Source of the DNA: Promethearchaeum syntrophicum
GTDB taxonomy: Archaea; Asgardarchaeota; Lokiarchaeia; Sigyniarchaeales; Promethearchaeaceae
Length of the DNA: 32,000 nucleotides
NCBI RefSeq assembly: GCF_008000775.2
Contig: NZ_CP042905.2
Span: 2,250,001 to 2,282,000 of the forward strand
Direction: 5' to 3'
Position numbers and translations under genes: made by a program
Notes under the pieces: generated by a model
Seen by the model: the letters and a program-made list of their open reading frames with translations, nothing else
The model's database searches: none
What the model was told of the DNA's origin: nothing
Part shown: one piece after another, positions 19,584-28,278 of the stretch
How positions within the stretch are numbered: the first letter of the stretch is position 1
Layout: the number at the start of each line of letters is the position of its first letter

Positions 19584-20381
19584 TTGATTAAAATGGATAA
19601 AAAAAAAACAAAGAAATCTTTTTTAAAATGGATCGTGTATTTCATCGGACTAGCGTTTGTAATCTTAGAAATTACACGAATTCTTGTTTTGGAAAATAGT
19701 ACATTGGCAGATAATATTAGATACGTTGAATCTATTCTAGCGGCAGTAGCGGCAGTTTTGATTCGTTTTTTGGTAGATTCGGAAAAAATTATATCACTCA
19801 TTAAGGATACCGATATCGAAAAGGAAACATTTACAAAAGAATTAAATCCCAAAAGATTCCTCAATTTAATGCCGATTGCAGCGATAGTGTGTACTATATC
19901 AGATTTTATTCTTGGTAAAATAAACCCTGATGTTATCGGAATCGGGACATTTCTTATTGCACAAATTTTTCTTATAGTAGCATTTTCAGGTTTAATCCAT
20001 TATAGAAGTATTGTTAAGGGAAAAATAAAACGATTAGCGATCATATCTACAGTTATATTGACATTATTAGTCAGTATACTTTATTTCCTACTGATTTTTT
20101 CAGTAGATAACCTACTGTCAATGATTGTGTTTCTATACATGATTTGTATTTTGATTATGACCATAGGAACATATTTCAATCTGGGATATACAAAAAGAGA
20201 CATTAAATTCAGAATTATGCTATGTATTGGAGGTACATCCTTTTTAGTTTCAGACGCGTTTGTCGGAATTAATATGTTTAATGATCCCAACCCGATTACA
20301 GGTGCATGGGTTCTTTTAACGTACAACCTCGCGATTTTCTTCTTACAATTTGCTGTATTATTTTTACGAAATCAGAACTAA
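19584..20381 (+). CDS. Polytopic membrane protein of unknown function
   Basis: 265 aa; about 7 hydrophobic segments, e.g. WIVYFIGLAFVILEITRILVL, IGTFLIAQIFLIVAFSGLI, LLSMIVFLYMICILIMTIGTYF; basic N-terminus MDKKKTKKSFLK. Confidence 0.65.
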   Translation: MIKMDKKKTKKSFLKWIVYFIGLAFVILEITRILVLENSTLADNIRYVESILAAVAAVLIRFLVDSEKIISLIKDTDIEKETFTKELNPKRFLNLMPIAAIVCTISDFILGKINPDVIGIGTFLIAQIFLIVAFSGLIHYRSIVKGKIKRLAIISTVILTLLVSILYFLLIFSVDNLLSMIVFLYMICILIMTIGTYFNLGYTKRDIKFRIMLCIGGTSFLVSDAFVGINMFNDPNPITGAWVLLTYNLAIFFLQFAVLFLRNQN

Positions 20382-20468
20382 ACGACCCTTAGTTATGAAG
20401 TTATTATGGGATGATTGGGAATGTTCGATTTATTGAATATTAGTCATATATTTATATAGATAGAAAAT

Positions 20469-21017
20469 ATGATAATATATAATTGTATTAGCATATTCAA
20501 AAATGAGGGAAAAAGAGAGAAAAAAATGGGTCTTGAGAAGGAAGAAAAAAGAACGATCATTCAATTCTTTAAAGGGTTTCTAATAGCGTATTTCTCTTTT
20601 GGATTATGTAATCTATTATTAGTATCAACTAACTTCTTGGGTTTTTGGCCATATATTCTTAGTTTATTGTGTTTAGTTATCCTATTCCTTGATATTTCTA
20701 GAAGAAAAAAAGGAGAATTTCCATATTTATCACAGGGGATGATGGTGGCGAGTATAGGATTATTACATTTTTTTATAAAGAGAAATAATGACACTCAAAT
20801 TTATTCTAATTCAGAAAATCCAAGAAAATGGTCGTCTCATTTTAGTTTAAGAATTTTGCTTTCAATTTGTCTAATACTTCTTTATTTACCTTACCTATTT
20901 ATTGGGTATATAATGTTTACCGCTTTTGGTCTTTTAGCTTTTCCAGTAATAGGTATAATCCTCTTGAATATTTTTTTAGGAGTTATTATATTCTTTTTCA
21001 CAGAGATCCTTCAGTAA
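20469..21017 (+). CDS. Membrane protein of unknown function
   Basis: 182 aa; hydrophobic segments YFSFGLCNLLLVSTNFLGF, YILSLLCLVILFLDI, LLYLPYLFIGYIMFTAFGLLAFPVIGIILLNIFLGVIIFFFTEIL. An internal ATG (MGLEKEEKRT, 20526) may be the true start. Confidence 0.6.
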   Translation: MIIYNCISIFKNEGKREKKMGLEKEEKRTIIQFFKGFLIAYFSFGLCNLLLVSTNFLGFWPYILSLLCLVILFLDISRRKKGEFPYLSQGMMVASIGLLHFFIKRNNDTQIYSNSENPRKWSSHFSLRILLSICLILLYLPYLFIGYIMFTAFGLLAFPVIGIILLNIFLGVIIFFFTEILQ

Positions 21018-21278
21018 AATGCGAAAGGGGTTATATTTTCTATTCCTTTGATGTTTTACCTAATAAATTTAGAATTAATTTTCCATATACTATCGCAATT
21101 TCTTCTAACAATATGCGGGTTTATTTTTACCAAAGCTGAAGTAAGATGATTGAAATTAATCGAATCATAGGATATTAGAAATATATTTATATTGAAATAA
21201 AAAATTGGTCTAATAATTATTAGCATACCCATATCTTACATAGGATTTTTATATTTCATTATAGATATCTTTTTTCCA

Positions 21279-21434
21279 ATGATAGTGATTTGGATAGTAT
21301 TATTGAATATTTATATTGGAGTGGCTACATACTTCTACAAAGAAAACCTTAAAATTATATCAAAGGGGATGATCCCTGCATTTTTCATTATTATATTGCC
21401 AATAAATTTGATTGTTATTATTTTATTTCATTAA
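21279..21434 (+). CDS. Small membrane protein (51 aa) absent from the supplied ORF track
   Basis: My translation: MIVIWIVLLNIYIGVATYFYKENLKIISKGMIPAFFIIILPINLIVIILFH*; two hydrophobic helices. The frame stays open and hydrophobic upstream but has no ATG/GTG/TTG I could find. Confidence 0.4.
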   Translation: MIVIWIVLLNIYIGVATYFYKENLKIISKGMIPAFFIIILPINLIVIILFH

Positions 21435-21628
21435 AATTCTTTCAAAATTTTATTTTTACATTGAAATTTTAGAGTTGTTGATTGGTTCTCGGTCTAATAA
21501 ATTTTCAAAACTGAGGTTTTAGATATTAGTAATTTGATTTGGGTTTCACTATTAAAATGGATGATGGATTGCCTACAGAGCCATAGATTTAAAAGATCGA
21601 AAATTGAACATTTATTAAGGGGACAAAT

Positions 21629-22354
21629 TTGAGTGGAGAAGACCAAAACACAGAACGGAAACAAGGTATGAAATTTAGAATTAATAAAAATGGAGATATT
21701 TTATTAAAAATTGTGTATTGGGGTTGCGCGGGTTCTGGAAAAACAACTGCTGTGGACACTCTATTCAAATTAGTAGAAGAGGGTGAAAATAATATTGAAA
21801 TTATCACTAACTTGAAAAAAATAGATATGAAAGGTGGCTCTACATTGTATTTTGATAGAGGTGTTTTTCGATCAAAAATTCAAGAGAAAATCTATTATCA
21901 TATTTATACCGTGGCAGGTCAAGTCCGATTTTCTCCGTTGCGAAAAAAAGTTTTTGAAGGAACTAATGCCATAATTTTTGTATTTGATAGTCAAAGGAGT
22001 CGAATAGATGCTAATATTAATTCCTTAAAAGAACTTAAGAAAATATCGGGAAATCGATTAATTTCTGAAATTCCCATGCTAGTAATGGTAAATAAACAAG
22101 ATTTACCAAACCCTCTTACAAAAAGTGAAATGGCAGATATTTTACGGCAAGAAGGGTTATATTACCCTATTGATCATAGTTTAAATACGTGGAATCCGAT
22201 AATTTATGAAACAATCGCCTTGTACAAAAATTCTCAAAATATTTATACTATCTTTTCTGAAATGTTAAGACGTATTTCTCAATATGTACTAAAGGATCGA
22301 ACCGATTTCGATAATAATTCTCCGAATTTACCAAAAGATGTGCCCGATTTATAA
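21629..22354 (+). CDS. MglA-type Ras-superfamily small GTPase
   Basis: 241 aa; P-loop VYWGCAGSGKTTAVDTLFKL; IYTVAGQVRFSPLRKKVFEGTNAIIFVFDSQ in the MglA switch-II style; MVNKQDLP in the NKxD position. Confidence 0.88.
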   Translation: MSGEDQNTERKQGMKFRINKNGDILLKIVYWGCAGSGKTTAVDTLFKLVEEGENNIEIITNLKKIDMKGGSTLYFDRGVFRSKIQEKIYYHIYTVAGQVRFSPLRKKVFEGTNAIIFVFDSQRSRIDANINSLKELKKISGNRLISEIPMLVMVNKQDLPNPLTKSEMADILRQEGLYYPIDHSLNTWNPIIYETIALYKNSQNIYTIFSEMLRRISQYVLKDRTDFDNNSPNLPKDVPDL

Positions 22355-22450
22355 GTATACTAAGTGAACTAAACTGCTCTCCAAGAAAGAATAAGAATTA
22401 AATCTAGATTTTAAAGAAAAAGCAAAAAAACAGACCAATATTGCTCGATT

Positions 22451-23161
22451 TTAATCTATATTGGAAAAAATCTCATTAAGAGAAAATATTTTGTTGGTTA
22501 TTCGATAATTTCTTGCTTTCTGAATCAGTTTTTGTTCGATTTTAATAATTCTCTCTTCATAATCTTTAAGATCATCGGCATAATAAAAGTTATATGCATG
22601 AAGTTTAAGTAACATTTCAATAAAACCAATATAAAAAATTGGATAAAATCCCTTTCTAAATCGCATAATTCGAAATTTTTGGAGAATATCTGTTAAATCT
22701 AACTCTTGTAAAAAGGACACTTCATTCGAAAAGATGAAAAAACTCGTAACTAATCCCATGAAATAAGGTTTTTGCTTTCTTAGTTCCTGGATAGATTCAA
22801 AATTATTGCCCAATTCGATAGGTAGTCTTGATAGTCTTAAAAACTCTTGTAAAAAATAAAAACCGTAATTACCTATCTCTACTTTAAAATCATAAAAAAT
22901 CTCCGATAATTTTTCTGGAATCAATACTTTATTAAATGATTTGTAGAGTTTTGAATGAGCTGTTGATAAACCTTGATTAAACTCCGCGAATTCAGGTTTT
23001 ACACTAGATTTTATCGGAAATAATGTGTCAGATTGAATGAAATTTATGAAATCAGTTGAGTTTTTAATCGAAACTGCTTCATTATGCCGATTTAACCCTT
23101 CATTTAGTCCTAAAAAACAACCTAAATTCCTTTGAAATTGACTTAGTTTTGTTTTGATCAT
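22451..23161 (-). CDS. Hypothetical helical protein
   Basis: 236 aa open frame with no motif I recognise; convergent to the GTPase gene. Confidence 0.5.
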   Translation of the reverse strand: MIKTKLSQFQRNLGCFLGLNEGLNRHNEAVSIKNSTDFINFIQSDTLFPIKSSVKPEFAEFNQGLSTAHSKLYKSFNKVLIPEKLSEIFYDFKVEIGNYGFYFLQEFLRLSRLPIELGNNFESIQELRKQKPYFMGLVTSFFIFSNEVSFLQELDLTDILQKFRIMRFRKGFYPIFYIGFIEMLLKLHAYNFYYADDLKDYEERIIKIEQKLIQKARNYRITNKIFSLNEIFSNID

Positions 23162-23434
23162 GAAATTTCTCGATTCTCTAAAGGGTGGGGTTTAGATTTA
23201 TACTTTCGGAAATGAATCAACATTCAAAAAAATGTAAAAAGGAATACAAAATTTGGCAAAATTTCCAACTTTTTAATGATTTTTATGAAATTTTATTATC
23301 AGAAATGGAAATTATTGTAAACTAGAAAAATTTTATATAGTAGATTTTTGTTTCTTTGATTATTAAAAAGCTAATTACTACCCCTTAATAGTTCCAAATC
23401 CCAATCCGAATGAAATAAATCAACTTTCTTTTAG

Positions 23435-23457
23435 GTAGTTTAGTTCTGGTAAACTAC
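23435..23457. promoter_or_regulatory. Perfect 8-bp inverted repeat in a long intergenic region
   Basis: GTAGTTTA (23435-23442) - 7 nt - TAAACTAC (23450-23457). Confidence 0.45.
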
Positions 23458-23925
23458 TTTAGTAAATTATTTTAACAATCGATATAAAAATCAATTCGAA
23501 TATTTCAATTCTTTTTCAAATTCATTTCTTAAAAATAATTTTTTGGGATAAAGTGAATGTTTAGTTATTACAAAAATTCTCATATTCGCCATTAAACACA
23601 TTCTAATCTCCTTAAAACCTCGAAAGAATTAATGGAATCAGATTAATAAAGAAAATTCTGTTTATATTTGAATTTTGAATATTTTCCGTCAAAATATTCC
23701 ATTTTTCAAATAAATTTTCACTTTCAGTAAAGGAAATTTAATTCAAGATTCACTTTATCTGGTTTACACTATAGATTTTTTTATTAAATTCTTTAACAAA
23801 ATAGAATTGCAACATAGAAATGGTATCTAAAGAGTATTGGTCCTAACATTTTTATTCTTATGGTCTACTTTGATCTTAATATTTTTTTTTTGAAGACTAG
23901 GAATTAAATTAGGAAGAAGATAAAA

Positions 23926-25320
23926 ATGAAAACGAATAAAATCAGTTATGTAATAGGTATTATTCTTCTATCTAGCATGGGATTTAGTGTATCTATAAAT
24001 GTCATAGCGGATTCTGATACAACTTTCAATTATGAATCGACATATTTTAATTATACTGTAGCAGAAGGAGATGTTTTTGAATATGATATTAAATATGACT
24101 ATAATTTTACCGCTTCAGAGACTTTTTATACCGAAATAGCAAATTGGATGGAAAATAATTCAATTCCATATTTTCCAGAGAATGCAGTCGATCTAGAAAG
24201 TTTAATTGAAGATTATGAAAAATTAATGCAATTAGATATTACAATTAGACTCAATATCACCGATATGTATCATCAATTTATAAATGAAACAACCTCAGAT
24301 AATGGTTGGAAAACCCGTTATAATGATATATTTAATGGGTCAATACAGGTAAAACTCAATAAAACTGCGGAATGGGACACCCCGGAGGTAATCTTACTTA
24401 ATAAGCTTAACCAATCCAAAGAAATTTTTCACAAATATTTAAATTCCACACAATATGAAATTTTTGAAGAGCAGGTGGACTATTTAATTAATGAAACAAT
24501 AAATGGAGCCAATTCACCTGATTGGAAGAACATAGTACTTACTCAAGTATCTAGCCAGGAAAAAGAATACTACGAGAATGGAACGTTGATAGAAGATCCA
24601 ATTCGACAATTAGAAAATGGAACCACAGAACCTAAAAACCCCTTTCCAGAATTTGGATATCCTCAAGGAATCCCCTTAATTTTGCCGACAGAAATGAATT
24701 TTGCGGACTATTATACTTATTTCTCTGATCTATTTGACTTTACCTTGTTATATAATATTGAAAATGAAATAGATATTTCTCCTTTAAATACTACTAGTAC
24801 GCTTCAAAATCTCATAGGCGATGGAGGAGTGCCCCAATTATATGTTGACGAAAAAGCTATAGGTATTTCTCTTGATTTTATTGAGCTTAACACTTCATTA
24901 TTATCCTTAGGTCAGCCGGATTATGATGAATATGACTCAATGTCAGAAGGCTTAATTTATTCCAGCACTCAATCAACTCTTTTATCACTATTAACCCCTT
25001 CTATAGGTAAAATGTCTTTTGCAGCAGAATATGATGAAAATTGGGCACTCAATACATTCGCGATATATTCTCATAGTGGAATGGTAGTTAACATTTCCAC
25101 AATCGAAGGGTTGCCCAATCTTGAAAATGAAGAAGTCCTAACAGAATACACATTTACTATGTCACAAAAAGGCGCTCGACCCCCCACTGAAGAAGATATA
25201 GAAGAAGGTAAAATTGGTGAAAACAGTAACTTTTTTGATATACCGGGCTACTCAATTTCGTTTATTGGTTTATTTGGATTAATATCAGTCGTATCTTTGA
25301 TTGTAAAACATCGAAAATGA
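23926..25320 (+). CDS. Secreted/cell-surface protein with signal peptide and C-terminal IPGY-TM-basic tail
   Basis: 464 aa; N-terminal MKTNKISYVIGIILLSSMGFSVSINVIAD; C-terminal FFDIPGYSISFIGLFGLISVVSLIVKHRK; Asn-rich, acidic exterior with many NxS/T sequons. Confidence 0.8.
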   Translation: MKTNKISYVIGIILLSSMGFSVSINVIADSDTTFNYESTYFNYTVAEGDVFEYDIKYDYNFTASETFYTEIANWMENNSIPYFPENAVDLESLIEDYEKLMQLDITIRLNITDMYHQFINETTSDNGWKTRYNDIFNGSIQVKLNKTAEWDTPEVILLNKLNQSKEIFHKYLNSTQYEIFEEQVDYLINETINGANSPDWKNIVLTQVSSQEKEYYENGTLIEDPIRQLENGTTEPKNPFPEFGYPQGIPLILPTEMNFADYYTYFSDLFDFTLLYNIENEIDISPLNTTSTLQNLIGDGGVPQLYVDEKAIGISLDFIELNTSLLSLGQPDYDEYDSMSEGLIYSSTQSTLLSLLTPSIGKMSFAAEYDENWALNTFAIYSHSGMVVNISTIEGLPNLENEEVLTEYTFTMSQKGARPPTEEDIEEGKIGENSNFFDIPGYSISFIGLFGLISVVSLIVKHRK

Positions 25321-25463
25321 CATTAAGTCAGTAAATCCACCTTTTTTCTTCTTTTTTTTATATGTTACGAGGGTAAATCAAGAGTAATTTCATATTTATT
25401 TATAGATATATGGGAGTTATAAGAAAATAGAAAAATAACATTGATAAACATGTAATTTTAGAA

Positions 25464-25664
25464 TTAGTTTTCACCGAGCTTTGCAAACGCTTCAATTAAA
25501 TGCTGTACCAACTCAAGATTTGACAAGTTTTCACATTCCCTATATCAACCATGGTCATATTTGCCTTCAAAACACCTTTTGAAATCTTTCCTGATTGGGT
25601 CTTTAGTAAAATCGTCCTTAATCGAATTAATTCCGCTTTCCCAGGTAAAAATTGATGGTTCTGG
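25464..25664 (-). pseudogene. Possible gene remnant interrupted by an in-frame TGA
   Basis: Minus-strand translation PEPSIFTWESGINSIKDDFTKDPIRKDFKRCFEGKYDHG*YRECENLSNLELVQHLIEAFAKLGEN*; protein-like on both sides of the stop; no start codon upstream. Confidence 0.35.
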
Positions 25665-25851
25665 CTATATTATTGACTTAAATTACCTCATTTTTCCGTT
25701 TTTATCTTTTTCTCAATTAAATTTAATAACTTTAAATTTTACCGAACATAACCTTATCGTATTAGGAAGGAGACATCCTCTTCCTTTTAAAATAGGTATT
25801 ATTAACCAAATAAAATAGAAAATCTAATATAAAAAAGCATGAAGTGATTTT

Positions 25852-26406
25852 ATGTGGGAATATATTGTTCAATTTAATTTAGGTTTAATTATCCTCTATG
25901 GGATCTATGGGATAATTGTCGGATTGGTTCCCATTTCAGGATGGGAATGGCTTTATCGGAAAACCTTCTATTTAATTCCACAGTTTGGAAAACGATTAGA
26001 AGCAGGATTGACCAAAAAACGCGAGGTAAATAATGCAATTCTCAATCAAAATATATCTAATTCCCGACGAAATAAGATTTTGTTCCAACAAATCTTCCAA
26101 TTCAATTTCCCTGCAACTTTAGCGACCTTCCTTTTGGTGTTTTTAGGGACTCTATACGTGGTTAGTATTTTTCCTGCACCATGGTTGATATCCTTTGTAG
26201 GGAACGCGCCCGAAAATCTCACTTCGTCTTTCCTTTTAATTCTGCTCTTTTTCTTAGCTAAATTTCTCGCTAACATCATCGAGGGTGCTATATGTATGTT
26301 ATTAGGTTTTGGCTGCACGTTCGCTATTAAAAATATTCTGTTCCCAAAAAAAGTTCAAGAAAATTTAGAGAATCCAGTCACGAAGGATAATCCGATAGAG
26401 ATTTGA
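25852..26406 (+). CDS. Membrane protein of unknown function
   Basis: 184 aa; hydrophobic segments LGLIILYGIYGIIVGLVPISG, FPATLATFLLVFLGTLYVVSIF, LLILLFFLAKFLANIIEGAICMLLGFG. Confidence 0.65.
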   Translation: MWEYIVQFNLGLIILYGIYGIIVGLVPISGWEWLYRKTFYLIPQFGKRLEAGLTKKREVNNAILNQNISNSRRNKILFQQIFQFNFPATLATFLLVFLGTLYVVSIFPAPWLISFVGNAPENLTSSFLLILLFFLAKFLANIIEGAICMLLGFGCTFAIKNILFPKKVQENLENPVTKDNPIEI

Positions 26407-26653
26407 ATTCTTGAAAAGAATAAACAATGTTTTTTTTTCAATACTCTAACACCATTTTCCTTCTAATTTTTGAATATTTTAGGTTTATCTTGTAAATTTA
26501 TATTATTTTCGCCATTCCACTTGGATTAAATATAGGAAATTCAAGAGATATAATTGCTCATAAAAGAATTTTGAATAATGAAAAAGATACCTTAGAAGGA
26601 TTGAATAAAAAAAAGAGATCGAATTATTCGCGAAAAATTAATATTAATTAGAG

Positions 26654-28258
26654 TTGAAATGTAAAAATGATGGTAATATGACAAATAATGATAAAATGAA
26701 AAATACTGAATATTTAATTGTAATTGATATTGGAACCACAGAAATTAAAGGTGTTCTTTTTAATCCGAACGAAATTATAGATTCTAAAAGAAGAGATTGT
26801 TCTCTTTCTTTCCCAAAAACGGCGTGTGTAGAACAAGATCCAAAAGAAATAAGAAATATAATTTATACAATTACAAAAGAGCTAGTAGATGATAACAAAG
26901 AAATTGTACAGTTTATTAAAGGGATCACTTTCACAAGCCAGATGCAAAATACTATTGCTTTAGATAAGAATGGAGAACCTTTAATGAATATTTTATCTTG
27001 GATGGATCAGCGTGCTCAAAATTTCGCGAAAGAAGTTATCTGGTCAGGTTCAAATCTTTTTAGAATACATGGTTTCCCCATCTTGAAACTATTGAAATAC
27101 TTAAAGATTACCAATGGGGCTCCCGGATTTAATGGGAAAGATACAGTGGCAAAATTAGGCTATATTAAAAAAAATTTGCCTGACATTTATAAGAACGTGC
27201 ATAAATTTCTCGATATTAAAGATTATGCCATATTTTTAACCACGGGAAAATTTATTACATCCCCCGATATGGCAGGAATTACATGGTTAATGGATGTACG
27301 CCAAGGGGACTTTAAATGGTCTGAAGAAATTCACAACATGTATGGTCTTGATCCTGAAAAAATGCCAGAATTAATGAAATCCACGAGTATTGCAGGAAGT
27401 ATAACACCAGAATTTTCAAAAGCAACAGGTCTTCCTCAGGAGATTGTAGTAATTACTGGAGCTGGAGATCTCTTGACGGCGGCAATCGGTTCAGGAGCAA
27501 TTGAAGATGGAAAAATTATTCTCAATGTTGGCACTTCAGGATTAGTCGGCACTCACCATTCAATATCATCAACGGATACGCAACATTATACTGGGACAAT
27601 AATTTCTGGGATTCCTAAAAAATATTTTATCATTAGCAAACAAGAAACTTTAGGAGGTTCTTTAGAATGGTTTAAAAACCTGATTGGAACTGATTCTTAT
27701 CCAGAAATTGATACCTATGTTCAAAATTCTCCAGCTGGTGCAAACGGTGTCATTTTTACTCCATGGTTATTTGGTGAGAGATCACCGATTAATAATCCGA
27801 GTTTACGAGGTCAATTCTTCAATATAGGGATGAATGTTTCTAAAGGAGATATGTATCGCGCTATATTTGAGGGAGTCGCTTATAATCTGCGCTGGGGGTT
27901 GAAATATGTGGAAAAAATTTCCCGAAAAAAAGTGAAGAAACCTGAAAAGGAAGTTAGGTTTATAGGGGGGGCAGGCAAAAGCGATGTGTGGGCTCAAGTC
28001 ATTGCAGATGTTTTGCAACGAGAAATCCTCCAAATGGCGAATCCCCAGTTAATCAGTGCCATCGGAGCTGCAACAATCGGATGGGTGGGTTTAGGAGTAT
28101 ATCATGATTTTACGGAGGTTAATAAACTTGTAAAAATTAACAAAATATACAAACCCAATTCCGATTTAGCTAAGGGTTATGAAAAAATATTCAAGAATTA
28201 TCAAAAACTCTATGCGCAAAATCGCAAAATCTTTGAAAAATTAAATACCTTACAGTAG
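26654..28258 (+). CDS. FGGY-family carbohydrate/polyol kinase
   Basis: 534 aa; YLIVIDIGTTEIKGVLF, GITFTSQMQNTIALDKNGEPLMNILSWMDQRA, ITGAGDLLTAAIGSGAIEDGKIILNVGTSG, VRFIGGAGKSDVWAQVIADVLQREI. Looks more xylulokinase-like than GlpK-like by eye; the downstream gene suggests glycerol as a possible substrate. Confidence 0.88.
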   Translation: MKCKNDGNMTNNDKMKNTEYLIVIDIGTTEIKGVLFNPNEIIDSKRRDCSLSFPKTACVEQDPKEIRNIIYTITKELVDDNKEIVQFIKGITFTSQMQNTIALDKNGEPLMNILSWMDQRAQNFAKEVIWSGSNLFRIHGFPILKLLKYLKITNGAPGFNGKDTVAKLGYIKKNLPDIYKNVHKFLDIKDYAIFLTTGKFITSPDMAGITWLMDVRQGDFKWSEEIHNMYGLDPEKMPELMKSTSIAGSITPEFSKATGLPQEIVVITGAGDLLTAAIGSGAIEDGKIILNVGTSGLVGTHHSISSTDTQHYTGTIISGIPKKYFIISKQETLGGSLEWFKNLIGTDSYPEIDTYVQNSPAGANGVIFTPWLFGERSPINNPSLRGQFFNIGMNVSKGDMYRAIFEGVAYNLRWGLKYVEKISRKKVKKPEKEVRFIGGAGKSDVWAQVIADVLQREILQMANPQLISAIGAATIGWVGLGVYHDFTEVNKLVKINKIYKPNSDLAKGYEKIFKNYQKLYAQNRKIFEKLNTLQ

Positions 28259-28278
28259 AGTGAATTGACTTAAAAAGA

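Noticed and set aside
20867-21139. ORF of 90 aa overlapping the end of the 20469..21017 membrane-protein gene
   Set aside because: Different frame inside a clearly hydrophobic helix-coding region; composition looks like a frameshifted shadow.
25561-25818. + strand 85-aa ORF
   Set aside because: It lies opposite the more protein-like minus-strand remnant (25464-25664), and its translation has no recognisable features.
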